This document shows positions 30,344 through 41,115 of a stretch of DNA of 64,000 bases, in pieces. Source of the stretch: a virus (Duplodnaviria; Heunggongvirae; Uroviricota; Caudoviricetes); the IMG/VR virus record IMGVR_UViG_3300033068_001142, positions 112,262 to 176,261 of that record; one strand, written 5' to 3'. The translations under genes were made by a program, and so were the position numbers. Below the pieces are notes generated by a model, which was not told the DNA's origin, did no database searches, and saw only the letters and a list, made by a program, of their open reading frames with translations. Every line of letters begins with the position of its first letter. The stretch's first letter is position 1.

Positions 30344-30736
30344 ACCTGCCATACCTGTACTGTAATTATGAATCATGAATGATGTAAAGTCAGCGACGTA
30401 TAACTCGTGAGCATACATTGTGATTACAGTTGCAGCAGAGCATGCTGAACCACTAATCTCAACTTTGATGTGACCTTTACACCTTTTCATTGCATCAATA
30501 ATTTGGAATGCTGAATCAATTGATCCACCACCATTATTGATTTTAATTATGATGTTATCACCAGGTACAGCTGATTCTAGTGAAAGACACGCTTTATTAT
30601 ACTCTGATGGGTATGAGATAGCCTCAGTTAAGTAGATTGTAGTTGATCTACCGTCTCTTGATTGGATTACTGGAACGTAATCATCGAATGGACTAGACTT
30701 CTCGTCTTTTCCACCAAGTAATTCTATAATATCCAT
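30344..30736 (-). CDS. ClpP-like serine protease, exon 1
   Basis: INNGGGSI, GSACSAAT (catalytic Ser), FMIHN (catalytic His). Confidence 0.85.
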
Positions 30737-30738
30737 GG

Positions 30739-31095
30739 TTAGGCCTTTGTGTGTATATAGTGTAAGAATGCTACGTTAGTTAAAACGTGAGCCAAGTGGT
30801 GCATACCAGATTCTTGGTCGTGAGTTTCACCAGATCTGAATGCTTCGAGGTGTCTGAATAATGCATCCATATAACGGATGTCTCCGTTTTCAACCTTGAC
30901 CCAGTTGTTTGGGGCATATTTTTGAGCACCGTAAGTTAGAACTTCAGCTAAAGCTTTTAGAGTTTCAGGAGGAATTAATGAATATAATAATTTACCATTA
31001 TCAAATTTCATTCCTACTGATGGTTGTTCTGAAGAGTTGTAACAAGTACAACTTAATTCTGGTCTTGAACATTGTTCACATAATTCAGATTCCAT
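30739..31095 (-). CDS. dATP/dGTP diphosphohydrolase-like protein (DUF5664)
   Basis: GMKFDNGK, LTYGAQKYAPNNW, ALFRHL, DQESGMHHLAH; probable start MESEL at 31095. Confidence 0.75.
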   Translation of the reverse strand: MESELCEQCSRPELSCTCYNSSEQPSVGMKFDNGKLLYSLIPPETLKALAEVLTYGAQKYAPNNWVKVENGDIRYMDALFRHLEAFRSGETHDQESGMHHLAHVLTNVAFLHYIHTKA

Positions 31096-32167
31096 ATCTA
31101 GATCCTTCCGTTTTGAATTTGTAAAGATCATTGATAAGTGTACCTTTTTGATAAGCAGCTGAGTCAGCTTCTTGTAAAGCTACTGCCTTACCATTGATGT
31201 TTCTATAGGAATCAAACCATTTCTCGATGTCGTTCTTCTCTAAATTGTAGAAAGGTTCAAACTTTAATTGTTTTCTCCTTCTATCAACCCAGTACTTGAT
31301 GAAATGTTCACAGATAGCTTTATTGAATCCTTGGATTTCTCCGTCTTCTAATAAGTAGTCTGCATATGCTAATTCCTTAGTTGTAGTAGAAGTAGATACT
31401 TCGTCAACTAGGTTAGTAAACCAATCAGATTTGATGATTGGACCGAATAGCTTGTCTGCTCTTAGATCTAATATTACGTTAGCTCCAGTAGTTGTATGAG
31501 TTTGCATTTCGTCTTTAGCGATTTCAAGTAATGTAAGACTGAATCCCTGAAGCTTATTGTCATAAGCTCTGTTGATAGTCCACGTAGTTAAGAATGAGAA
31601 TGGAAATTTAACACCCTCTAAGAAAAGCAGTTTAACTAATAGTTCAAGAAGAAGTTTTGCATTCTCCTCTGTTTCTTGCCAGCCAGATTGAACTGCTGTA
31701 CGGAAACGAATAGCTATGTCTAGTTCGTCTAGAATACGATCTTTAATGATTTGATCAGTATAGATAATATTGAGGAACTCTTCGGCTTTTGCACCGAAGA
31801 CTTGAACTAGTCCAGCTGAATAAGACATTCCATGGACTTTCTCCATAGTACCGATACGTGAGTATAAGTAACTAAGGTATGGGTCAGTGGCAATCTCTGA
31901 TAAGTAAGAGTAAACATCAGGAACTAGAGTGTCTACTAAAGTTTGATAACCGATATTCTTCTGGAATTTAGACATAGCGTTTGTTGGTAATTCGTCAGCA
32001 TGGTCTTGGGAACAAGATACAGTGTTGATTGACCAGAAGTTTGCCTCGTCGGCGTTAGCTAGGTCTTGGTACTTCTTAAGACCACCAACGGTTAAGTTTG
32101 GAACTCCACCGTTGTCTCCAAAGAATAGTCTGCCATCATTAGTTGGTATTCTGTCTAATTTAATCAT
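31085..32167 (-). CDS. nrdB: Ribonucleotide reductase class Ia beta subunit
   Basis: NFWS, MEKVHGMSY, LEGVKFPFSF, DEMQTH di-iron ligands; adjacent to nrdA. Confidence 0.85.
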   Translation of the reverse strand: MIKLDRIPTNDGRLFFGDNGGVPNLTVGGLKKYQDLANADEANFWSINTVSCSQDHADELPTNAMSKFQKNIGYQTLVDTLVPDVYSYLSEIATDPYLSYLYSRIGTMEKVHGMSYSAGLVQVFGAKAEEFLNIIYTDQIIKDRILDELDIAIRFRTAVQSGWQETEENAKLLLELLVKLLFLEGVKFPFSFLTTWTINRAYDNKLQGFSLTLLEIAKDEMQTHTTTGANVILDLRADKLFGPIIKSDWFTNLVDEVSTSTTTKELAYADYLLEDGEIQGFNKAICEHFIKYWVDRRRKQLKFEPFYNLEKNDIEKWFDSYRNINGKAVALQEADSAAYQKGTLINDLYKFKTEGSRYGI

Positions 32168-32175
32168 GATTACTC

Positions 32176-33225
32176 CTAAGATTGGCAACTCTCACATACT
32201 GCATCATCGTCGTCTGATAAGTCGTCGGCAGCTGGTACGTAAGTGTAGTAAAGTGTTTTCAAACCTAAGTATTCAGCATATATGATGTCATCGATAACTT
32301 CATAAGCTGAGTTTAATTTAGGATATCCTAGAGATACAGACTGACCCATACAGATGAATTTCTGTCTGATAGCAGCTAATTCGATTGTGTCTTTGTTAGC
32401 TACTTGGAAAGTTGTTCTGTAGTATGGTCTACATTCTCGTAGGTTTGGAACTATGAATGGAAGAGAGTAAGTACCCTCTTGGATTGTTTTAAGTTTTCTA
32501 GGTAGGTCAACTCCAGGAGTTGCGTTGATACATAGACCAGAAGTAGCTGTAGGAGCGATTGCCATAAGGTATTCATTTCTGATACCATATTTTAGTAAGT
32601 CGATTCTTAGGGCTTCCCAATCCATTTTTAATGGATAGTTTAATTCTGATTCCATATTACCTAATATAGAAATCTCGTGAGGGAATACACCTTTAGACCA
32701 TTTTGATTCATAGAATAATGGGTATTTACCTCGTTCAGATGCTAACTTAACTGAACCAGCGATACAGTAGTATTGAAGTTCTTCGAATAATTCATGAGTG
32801 AATTGTCTAGCTTCCTTCGAATCCCATAAGAATCCTTGTAAAGCGATTACGTTAGCATAATTAGAAACACCAATACCAATGTTTCTGTGTTGGAATGAAT
32901 GATGCTTACCATATCTGTTTGAATAGAATGAGTTATCAATAGAATTATCCATAGATCTAACTAGGATGTATGCTTGTCTTCTCTTCTCTTCTGGAGATAA
33001 TAATATCCATTTAGCTAAATTGACAGAAGCTAAGTTACATAAAGCAACATCACCTTCGAATTTGTGCTGAACGAATGTTTTGTCTTCAATTGCAACTAAT
33101 TCATCTGAAAGATGTTTGATGCTCTTGAAGTTTGGTAAGTATTCCATACATAAGTTAGATTGAGTAACTGTACCACCACCAATGTTTTGAATGTTGGCGT
33201 TGTCTGTGAAGAACGTATAGTTGTT
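32176..33225 (-). CDS. nrdA: Ribonucleotide reductase alpha subunit, exon 2
   Basis: NNYTFFTDNAN...QSNLCMEY, CNLASVNL, GIGVSN, APTATS, C-terminal CESCQS. Confidence 0.9.
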   Translation of the reverse strand, partial: NNYTFFTDNANIQNIGGGTVTQSNLCMEYLPNFKSIKHLSDELVAIEDKTFVQHKFEGDVALCNLASVNLAKWILLSPEEKRRQAYILVRSMDNSIDNSFYSNRYGKHHSFQHRNIGIGVSNYANVIALQGFLWDSKEARQFTHELFEELQYYCIAGSVKLASERGKYPLFYESKWSKGVFPHEISILGNMESELNYPLKMDWEALRIDLLKYGIRNEYLMAIAPTATSGLCINATPGVDLPRKLKTIQEGTYSLPFIVPNLRECRPYYRTTFQVANKDTIELAAIRQKFICMGQSVSLGYPKLNSAYEVIDDIIYAEYLGLKTLYYTYVPAADDLSDDDDAVCESCQS

Positions 33226-34130
33226 CGATTGTATTCACGTGTAGTCGTTAATTACACGCAGTTCTCAGTACAGAAGTACATGAACTTCTACATGTTACCA
33301 TGTAGTCTAGACTATATCTTGATCCAAATAATTAAATTTGGACCTTCTCCATTTCCACTCACTTGAGTGTACTCCCTTTCGGGATAGTCGTTGAACGTTC
33401 TTGCAAATATTGGTTTGGTAACTTTCGTAGACCTGTCTTCCAAGCATGTTGGAGGTTTTCTTGTTTAGTTACCCACTCAAGGTTTTCAACTGTATTATCA
33501 AGTTTATTCCCATTACGATGATTAACTTCTAAATTAGAGTATAATGATGTATCCTCCAATGGAAGAAAAGTCATAGCATATAATCTGTGAAGTCTTTCAT
33601 AAATACCTATTGATGAAGTGTGTGGTTTTAAATGTCGAGTATTTACTCGTAAATAACCAAACTCATCAAAATAAGGTTTAACAATTCGTCTAGTTCTACT
33701 AGTTATGATAATACTATTAATATTAATAGCATAATCAGAACAGGTGTATAGACTAGCTGTAATAAATCCTGCAGGTAATGGAAGTGTTTCGTATAAGTCA
33801 TATACTTTACAAAGTATTTTGTTTAATACAGGTAAATTAGGAATATTAAATTTAGTTAATAATTCTTGTTTTGATATCTCGTGCATTTCTAATAAGAAAT
33901 CTTGAGATAATTCTTGAGTGTTTAAATATTTCTTATGTAATATTGGGATTGTTTTAAATCCTTCTATACATAATAGTGATTGCAAGCTTCGCTGCTGATT
34001 GTCCATAAGTATCCTTAATAATTAGTTATGTAATAATTATACATTAATTAATCTTAAAGTCTTATTAGGAGTTCCCAGCAATTAGAAGAATTTGCTTTAT
34101 GCATTACTACATAAAGGGGCTAATATGTTT
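33226..34130 (-). mobile_element. Group I intron (905 nt) in nrdA, with HNH ORF
   Basis: Exon ends ACGGGT, IGS GCCC; P AATTGCTGGGA, Q AATCAGCAGCG, R TCAACGACTAT, S AAGATATAGTC; terminal G; splicing gives ETG|NNYTFFTDNAN in frame. Confidence 0.92.
33359..34006 (-). CDS. HNH homing endonuclease (intron-encoded)
   Basis: LHRLYAMTF, VNHRNGNKLDNTVENLEW; N-terminus (MDNQQRS) and C-terminus (RSTTIP) overlap the Q and R core elements. Confidence 0.85.
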   Translation of the reverse strand: MDNQQRSLQSLLCIEGFKTIPILHKKYLNTQELSQDFLLEMHEISKQELLTKFNIPNLPVLNKILCKVYDLYETLPLPAGFITASLYTCSDYAININSIIITSRTRRIVKPYFDEFGYLRVNTRHLKPHTSSIGIYERLHRLYAMTFLPLEDTSLYSNLEVNHRNGNKLDNTVENLEWVTKQENLQHAWKTGLRKLPNQYLQERSTTIPKGSTLK

Positions 34131-35354
34131 ACCCGTCTCACCTTTGATTTTAGCAACAGTGAAGGCTAAGTCTTGAGCTCGATAAGTTCTCTTTCTAACT
34201 TGAGTTTTAGAATAATGGTCGTATAGTCTTTCTAATTCATCACCCCAAGCATAAGTCATGTCTTGAGTTTTGTGTGGATCGAATAGATATATTTCTTCAT
34301 CATTCTTGATTGCTCTTGAGAATCGTTTGGTCCATTTGATTGCATACTTAAGCTTTCTAGCTCTTTCTTCGTCTTTACCAGACTTGTCTTTAAGCATAGT
34401 AAGTTCAGGTGCTTCATAGTGAAACCAGTTATAGTACATAGCTTCAGAAGACATACGAGTATCTCCTTGGTTATATGCGCCAACTGCCCATTGATTCTTT
34501 TGAACGAATGGGATTGCTCCACCAGATTTACCTTTGTTACCTTTAATGAATGCACCCTTAGCTCGAACTGCTGAAATGTCAGTAGCTAATCCGCCACCGA
34601 ATTTAGACTCGTTACCTAAGATGTCATCAACTTTGTTTAAAGATTCAAGAGAATCTTCTGGACGAGCTAGACAACATGAAAATAATTGTGCATTAGGTTT
34701 ACAACCATTTACCATCTTAGGAGTTGCATCTGTAACTAAGTGAGAAGATACTTGATCGTAGTCTTCTTTGATTTCGTTAATAGATAGATGGTAGTTTTTC
34801 TGAATAGCGTCTCGTAGATAAACGTGTTGTGGTAGTTCTAAGAGTGTTCCGTTAGGAGTCTTGTTACAATACTTGTCCACGAATAGTTTAAGTCCACCGA
34901 ATGTGAAAAGGTTATCCCTCATTGGGTCAAGGACTTTAGATTCTAATTCTTCTATAGTTGTATGTGTAAGGAGTTTGTTAAAAGTTTCTTCGCTGTAGTA
35001 ACCGTGTTTGATATTGTTAGCTACAATGTCTTTGTACGAAGGGTAATCGATTCTTTTAACACCAATGTCTTTGTGTAGTTTTAAAATGTAAAGGTTTCTA
35101 GTTATTTCATCCCATACTGGGTATAAGTCTGAAATTAAATTAGAGGCTGTATTAATAACTTCATCATATAGTTTAACTATACTCATCTTGTTATGGATCT
35201 TAATACTGATTGCTTCTAATAAAGTTTTAGCTAAGGACTCTCTCCCTTTACATGCCCACAAGATAACTGCATAGAGTTTTTCCCAATCGAATGCTTCGAT
35301 TCGTCCATCCCTTTTGATTATCTCGTGACGTTTGTTTTCAACTAATTCAACCAT
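34131..35354 (-). CDS. nrdA: Ribonucleotide reductase alpha subunit, exon 1
   Basis: ATP-cone (IIKRDGRIEAF), ELPQHVY, ATPKMVN, FSCC, GGGL, KSGGAIPF. Confidence 0.9.
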
Positions 35355-35565
35355 TTTGACTTGCCTTTAGATTAGCATGAATTGCATTACATGCTTGAAT
35401 TACATGAATTACCCAGTCAGTCGCTTCTTGACTGTGAATTTTAGCCATCTCAAGAGCTTGAGTTGGATTATTCACTTGAGCGATGATTTTCTGAGCTTCA
35501 TCCAGAGTTAGGAGTTTCAGTTCTGATACCCTAATTGTTTGTGTGTCATCGTAAGTGAATTCCAC
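35347..35565 (-). CDS. Hypothetical protein
   Basis: 72 aa ORF with AAGGAG RBS. Confidence 0.5.
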   Translation of the reverse strand: MEFTYDDTQTIRVSELKLLTLDEAQKIIAQVNNPTQALEMAKIHSQEATDWVIHVIQACNAIHANLKASQNG

Positions 35566-35586
35566 TCGTGACTCCTTAAAATTGGA

Positions 35587-35874
35587 TTAAGAGTTTAATG
35601 CTACTTTGATGTTTGCAAATGGTTTGAACTTTAAAGTTCTTTTAGCTGGGATTTCTAATTTAGCACCAGTTGATGGATTGTGACCAGTTCTAGCAGCTCT
35701 AGTAACTTGTTTGATTGTACCAACGTTGTTGATTTTCACGTCATTACCTGCAGCGATTTCAGCAGCGATAATCTCGTATACATTTGTTACTAACTCAGTA
35801 GCAGCTTTTTTAGTGATAGATTGATTAGCAGCTAATGCAGCAGCAACAGTAGTGATTGTAGATAAGTTTGCCAT
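35587..35874 (-). CDS. hup: HU-family DNA-binding protein
   Basis: RAARTGHNPSTGAKLEIPAKRTLKFKP. Confidence 0.9.
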   Translation of the reverse strand: MANLSTITTVAAALAANQSITKKAATELVTNVYEIIAAEIAAGNDVKINNVGTIKQVTRAARTGHNPSTGAKLEIPAKRTLKFKPFANIKVALNS

Positions 35875-36010
35875 GGTGGCTCCTTTAGTGAGTGGATTAT
35901 TTGTGCGGTAAGCACTAGTAAGTAGTGTGGGTCAGTAACACGTAGCAGGTGGCTTCATTCCTGTCTTATAACACTACTTAGTAGTACCTACAAGTTGTCA
36001 AATTGACAAC

Positions 36011-37438
36011 TTACAAATACTTAGCATTGTGAAGCTCTTTCTTAGCTCTAGAGCAAGCTACATAGTATAAGTTTAATTCTGCTCGTTCTTCTTGAGTTGG
36101 TATGTAATCAGGATCTAATTTCGTAGATAGTACTATACTAGCGATTGCTTGATTCATATCATCAGCTAATTCAACTGAGTCCATTTCTAATCCTTTGAAT
36201 GAGTGAGAAGTGCCTATCATATAATTTTGTTCTTTCTTAGAATGCTTCTTAGCTAATTCAAAACATGAGATGATGTCTAGTTTTCCGTATTGGAATACTA
36301 AAGCTATTGCTTGTTGTAAGGCAAAATCACCTTCATGTAAGTCTTTAAGATACATAAGTACAGTTTTATAACGATCTTGCAACTCTTTAGATTTGCCATA
36401 TGTGTTTGCATCGTCTTGCAGATATTTGAATTCTGAATTTGATGTAAAACCTCCTGGTTTTAATGCACAAAGGGTTAATGGTAAGGCAAAAATATCCTTC
36501 ACGTCTCTGATGGTTCCGTATGGGATATGAAGCTTATTAAGTTCCATTAGTTTTCTTACTAAAGCGGAGTTAGTTCTTGAGATAAATGCACGAGTTTCAA
36601 TTTTAGGATTGGTAATCTCAATTCCTTCGAATAGCATGTCTTCAGATAGGTAGGCTTGACAATACTTTTGTATTCGTTTGGCTATCCTATGATCTACTCT
36701 GAATGACTTAGTCATTGGAAGGTAAGTACCTTGATCCGCCATAACACTGAAACAGTTAATCGTGTGATTGAATTGATAGATGTTTTGGTGTGGATCTCCT
36801 ACCATTACTTTCTTCTCAGCTGGAAGAAGTTTGAAAATCTCAAGAGTTACTGGATTCAAATCTCCAGACTCGTCGAGGGCAATTATACTGAACGGTTCGT
36901 AACTTATGTTACCGTTAGCTAGCATAATGTGATAAAGTTTTAAGTAAAAATCATGTGTACATTCTGTCTTACCTTCTAACATTTGATCTAGATATTTGTG
37001 TAGATACTCTAATAGTCTAGGTGTTAGGTCGTGAAATTTACCGTAGTCGTCAATATTGAGGAACGAGGACAAACAAAATGTTCTAATATGATCTACGATT
37101 TCACACTTGAAGTCATAGTCGATGCTTTCATGGATTTGTCGGTAAGTGAATTTACCTAAGTGAAGTTTACTGCCTTTAGCTCGCACGGTGGGTGTATAAG
37201 CTAATGAATGAGTTGTCATACAAGAAATAAAGTCGGGAAATTTAGTTTGAGCTTCCGTAGCTACAGATTTATTGTAGGCTAAGTAGAGACCTGGAGCTGG
37301 ATTTCCTTCAACCATTCGATTGGTTAGTGCTACTAATAGCGTAGTCTTACCTGAACCAGCTACGGCAGAAACCATAGTTAGTCCGTTAGTGGTAAGAACG
37401 TGTTGTATGATAGCTTGTTGTTCTGGTGTGGCATTCAT
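36011..37438 (-). CDS. Superfamily 1 (UvrD-like) DNA helicase
   Basis: AVAGSGKTT, LAYN, TTHS, LDESGD, VGDPHQNIYQF, KSFR, HSFKGLE, YVACSRA. Confidence 0.85.
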   Translation of the reverse strand: MNATPEQQAIIQHVLTTNGLTMVSAVAGSGKTTLLVALTNRMVEGNPAPGLYLAYNKSVATEAQTKFPDFISCMTTHSLAYTPTVRAKGSKLHLGKFTYRQIHESIDYDFKCEIVDHIRTFCLSSFLNIDDYGKFHDLTPRLLEYLHKYLDQMLEGKTECTHDFYLKLYHIMLANGNISYEPFSIIALDESGDLNPVTLEIFKLLPAEKKVMVGDPHQNIYQFNHTINCFSVMADQGTYLPMTKSFRVDHRIAKRIQKYCQAYLSEDMLFEGIEITNPKIETRAFISRTNSALVRKLMELNKLHIPYGTIRDVKDIFALPLTLCALKPGGFTSNSEFKYLQDDANTYGKSKELQDRYKTVLMYLKDLHEGDFALQQAIALVFQYGKLDIISCFELAKKHSKKEQNYMIGTSHSFKGLEMDSVELADDMNQAIASIVLSTKLDPDYIPTQEERAELNLYYVACSRAKKELHNAKYL

Positions 37439-37944
37439 TTGCTGCCCCCTCGTGCCATTATGTCTGCTAGTGGTACGAACTGAAAGTCGTTAACATCAAG
37501 ATTTACATTGATGTATTTTGGATCTGGAAGTTCCTCACTGTGTAAGTGACCATGAATGTTGCCATGACGGTTTCTCATTTCGTGAGGGTGGATTGGGCAA
37601 TGAGACACCCAAAAATCCTTATAAGTAAATAAAGGTAACTCAACCTTAACATTCGGAGCAATTGTCTGATTGTATAATAATTTAGAGTCGTGATTTCCAG
37701 GTACTACTCGAATTTCACACTTGTATGAAGATAGTCTCATTAGATAGTCTTCAAAATGAGTGCCATCAAATAAGAAGTCTCCAAGTACGTACAGGATTGT
37801 TCGTTTTGGTAGAGCTTCGATCATAGATAGTATGAATTCGTCGTGACTCTTAGAGGAGTCAAATATAGGTCTGTATTTAGCGATTGCTTTGTGACCTAAG
37901 TGTAAATCTGATGTGAATAAAACTTGCATATGTTTCCTATGCAT
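37435..37944 (-). CDS. Calcineurin-like metallophosphoesterase
   Basis: SDLHLGH, LGDF, GNHD, NIHGHLH. Confidence 0.85.
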   Translation of the reverse strand: MHRKHMQVLFTSDLHLGHKAIAKYRPIFDSSKSHDEFILSMIEALPKRTILYVLGDFLFDGTHFEDYLMRLSSYKCEIRVVPGNHDSKLLYNQTIAPNVKVELPLFTYKDFWVSHCPIHPHEMRNRHGNIHGHLHSEELPDPKYINVNLDVNDFQFVPLADIMARGGSK

Positions 37945-37953
37945 TAAGAAGGG

Positions 37954-38610
37954 TTATCTTCTGAATGCGTTTGATTTAACTGGAGTTTGAGTAGCTGGTT
38001 TAACTGCTCCAGATTTTCCGTTTTTCTTAGCTTCTTCCCAAGCAGTTACTTCTTCAGCTGTTAAACCGTCTTTGTAAGTGATTTTGTCAGCGTATGCTTG
38101 GTCTTTTTTGAACTGAGTACCAAAGTTTTCACCTTTGATGATTTCGAATGCGTTAGCTTCGTCAGCTCTATAGAATGATTTGATAACTAATCTAGATTTG
38201 ATTTCGTTATTGTATTTAGAGTATTCTTGTTGTACTCTAACAAAACATTCTAATCCTGTTAAGTCATCTAAAACCATAAATGATTTAACTTCTTTGTCTT
38301 TCCCAACTTCGTGTTCTTGTTCTTCTGGTTCGTTAACGTTTTCTAAACCAGCAATGATACATAAGTTGTTGAAGATTGGGTACATGTAGTTTTCACTACC
38401 GTCGTTGTTGTCTAATTTTAGACCGTATAATGTAGAAGAGTTTCCGTTGTAATCAACGTTGAAGTCGATACTTCTAGCATTGTGTTCGTTTACAGAAACT
38501 GATGCAAATTTGATAGTAACTGGGTAGATTCCTGACTTAGATAAGTAAGAACCTCCTCCTTTACTTTCTTTTACAACTTCTTCTGATGTGTTTACTTTGA
38601 TGAATGACAT
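37954..38610 (-). CDS. Putative single-stranded DNA-binding protein (N4 SSB-like position)
   Basis: 218 aa OB-fold-like; follows the AAA ATPase as in N4-like replication modules. Confidence 0.5.
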   Translation of the reverse strand: MSFIKVNTSEEVVKESKGGGSYLSKSGIYPVTIKFASVSVNEHNARSIDFNVDYNGNSSTLYGLKLDNNDGSENYMYPIFNNLCIIAGLENVNEPEEQEHEVGKDKEVKSFMVLDDLTGLECFVRVQQEYSKYNNEIKSRLVIKSFYRADEANAFEIIKGENFGTQFKKDQAYADKITYKDGLTAEEVTAWEEAKKNGKSGAVKPATQTPVKSNAFRR

Positions 38611-38634
38611 GGTGATGAGTCCTGTGGTGATTTA

Positions 38635-39005
38635 TTATAATTCGAATGTTTCAACTGCTGAATTGATTTCGGCAATTTGGTCGATATACTCTTGAAGATT
38701 AAATTCGTCAACTAGTGAAGAGTCTGGAGCAGATTCTAATAGTGTTCTAGCTGGGAATTTTGTTGATCTGTGGTGAACATACCTCTTGTTGTTTTTTAAT
38801 TCTAAAAAAGAAGAAAAGTCAACTTCTGCTAAGAATCCACCTCTTTTTAAAAATGACCCTTTTCCAACTAAGTTATAGCTAGATGTTTCAGAGTCATAAA
38901 GAGCATGAGATAGTAATACAACATTCATTCCGTTTTCTACTAACATATTTTGTACGTAGTCTGTGAATGCTTTGATTTCTAAATCTATTTCTGAGTAGAT
39001 TTTAA
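38635..39005 (-). CDS. Sak4-like AAA ATPase, exon 2
   Basis: Reads FKIYSEIDLEIKAFTDYVQNMLVENGMNVVLLSH... Confidence 0.75.
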
Positions 39006-39287
<282 letters not shown>

Positions 39288-39582
39288 AGCCAGTGTATTT
39301 CTTATTACAGTTGTCGTAAATTGTATCGAAGATTTTAGATACTGTGTCGATAACTACTGTTTTAGGTAAGTCACCTTTAGTATCTTGATACGCTTGGATT
39401 TTAGTAGTCATTAAGTCTGTTAATTGAGCTACTGAGTCAAATGTTGGCACATTTGTGTGAGGAATAGGGAATGGGAATTTCTTTCCATCATGTGATAGAA
39501 CATAAGCATCTTCAAGTGACTTTAAGAGAGTAGTCTTTCCTGAGTTACTTTGTCCTGCGATTAATAATTTAACTGCTGACAT
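39288..39582 (-). CDS. Sak4-like AAA ATPase, exon 1
   Basis: LIAGQSNSGKTT Walker A, VVIDTVS Walker B; probable start MSAVK at 39582. Confidence 0.8.
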
Positions 39583-40471
39583 TGAGGGCCTTTGTGAATG
39601 GGATTTGAGGAAGTTCAGATAGTTTAAGTCTGTAGTCTCTGAATGCGATGTATGCATACTGAGGGTTGGCTTTCACGAACTGAACAGTTTCGGCAACAAG
39701 TTTCAGTATGTCCTCGATGAAAGCGAGGGATTGCTCATCAATAGTTATTGTCTGAGATACTGAACAGGTTGCCGGGTAATCCTTCATGGGTTTGCCAGTG
39801 TCGGGACTGATTCGATTCACTTGGTTCGTAGTGATCCAGATTATAGAGGCTGAGTTTATCTGTACTCCGGATTTGACTAAAGCATAAGCATAAGCTAATA
39901 GTTGAAGTCGATAACCATAATTAACAGAGGATGGAGCAGATAGACTTGAAGTCGTCTTATAATCGTAGATGTCTGGACCGATTTGTAGGTCGCATGAACC
40001 AGAAACGTAGTAGCCTGGAATGATTTCCGCAGCTACCATTTGCTCTGAGACAGCTTGGTTTAGTTTGAATTTTGGTAATTCTGATAGGTACTTGATAAGA
40101 CAGTTACCCATAGGTTTGTATTGAGATAAAATATGTTGAATATCATAAGTAGGATGAGTGAATGAACTGAAGTAAGTTTCAGCTTCTTCTAATGTGGTAA
40201 AAGGACATTGAGTTGTATGAGTTAAAGAATATAAATATTTAAGAATTTCAAGTTTATCAACTGACTTAGTCTTAATGAATTCTTCACCACAGAAATGTAC
40301 GATTGTACCTAAGACAGTTGATGTGGTAGAGTCAAATTCTCGTTGACCTAATACGTACTCACGGTACCAAGTATGAGGTTCGTCGAAGAATTTACCTAGC
40401 GATGATGGAGAGATTGTAAATGCGTCTGGAGGCGTAATTGATGAGCCTGGGATGTAATCTAATCTAGTCAT
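39569..40471 (-). CDS. PD-(D/E)xK exonuclease
   Basis: ISPSSL, GTIVH, SGSCDL...YDYKTT, QLLAYA. Confidence 0.75.
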   Translation of the reverse strand: MTRLDYIPGSSITPPDAFTISPSSLGKFFDEPHTWYREYVLGQREFDSTTSTVLGTIVHFCGEEFIKTKSVDKLEILKYLYSLTHTTQCPFTTLEEAETYFSSFTHPTYDIQHILSQYKPMGNCLIKYLSELPKFKLNQAVSEQMVAAEIIPGYYVSGSCDLQIGPDIYDYKTTSSLSAPSSVNYGYRLQLLAYAYALVKSGVQINSASIIWITTNQVNRISPDTGKPMKDYPATCSVSQTITIDEQSLAFIEDILKLVAETVQFVKANPQYAYIAFRDYRLKLSELPQIPFTKALNVSS

Positions 40472-41115
40472 AGGATTACCGAAATAGGCTTATTGAATGG
40501 AACATAATTTAAATCACAGATTGCTGCATTGATAGTAACATACTTATCAAAGTAGAGTCCTGCAGATTCATGGATGTGACCAGTAACGTGAAGTTTTAAT
40601 TTAGGGAGTTCTGTTAATCTCATTCTAAGAGCTTGAGAACCCACATGAGGTGACATCCCGTACTGAGGATTAAGAACTTTATCACCAGTAAAGTAAGCTG
40701 GGCCGTGAGTTACAACAATGTCTGCATCATCAGGGATTGTGTCCCAGATTGTAGCTAAGTCTAAGTCGTCTTTCATAAATGCCCAATGACCGAAAGTGTT
40801 AGAGTATGGAGATCCCCAGATTTTGATTCCTTCGATGATGATTGATTCGTTGAATAAATATTTAACGCTTGGAGCGTGTTGTGTTAATAGATTCTGGAAT
40901 GAGTCAGAGCAACAAAAAAAGTCGTGATTGCCAGCGATTAGGATTTTGTGTTTAATAGGTAGTGACTCATACCACTGAAGGAATGATATTGTCTGAGCTT
41001 GATTACCGTTAGATGTGAAGTCACCTGCATGAATAATCATGTCTGCGTCTTGGATATCTAAAGGATTGATATATTTGTGTTTGTGATGAGTGTCTGAAAT
41101 GCATACGATTTTCAT
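40468..41115 (-). CDS. Metallophosphoesterase
   Basis: SDTH, HAGD, AGNHD, THGP, GHIHE. Confidence 0.85.
   Translation of the reverse strand: MKIVCISDTHHKHKYINPLDIQDADMIIHAGDFTSNGNQAQTISFLQWYESLPIKHKILIAGNHDFFCCSDSFQNLLTQHAPSVKYLFNESIIIEGIKIWGSPYSNTFGHWAFMKDDLDLATIWDTIPDDADIVVTHGPAYFTGDKVLNPQYGMSPHVGSQALRMRLTELPKLKLHVTGHIHESAGLYFDKYVTINAAICDLNYVPFNKPISVIL

Noticed and set aside
30739-31095. 2-aminoadenine (Z) genome system
   Set aside because: A DUF5664 dNTPase and a MazG-like gene are present, but no PurZ homologue is visible in this window.
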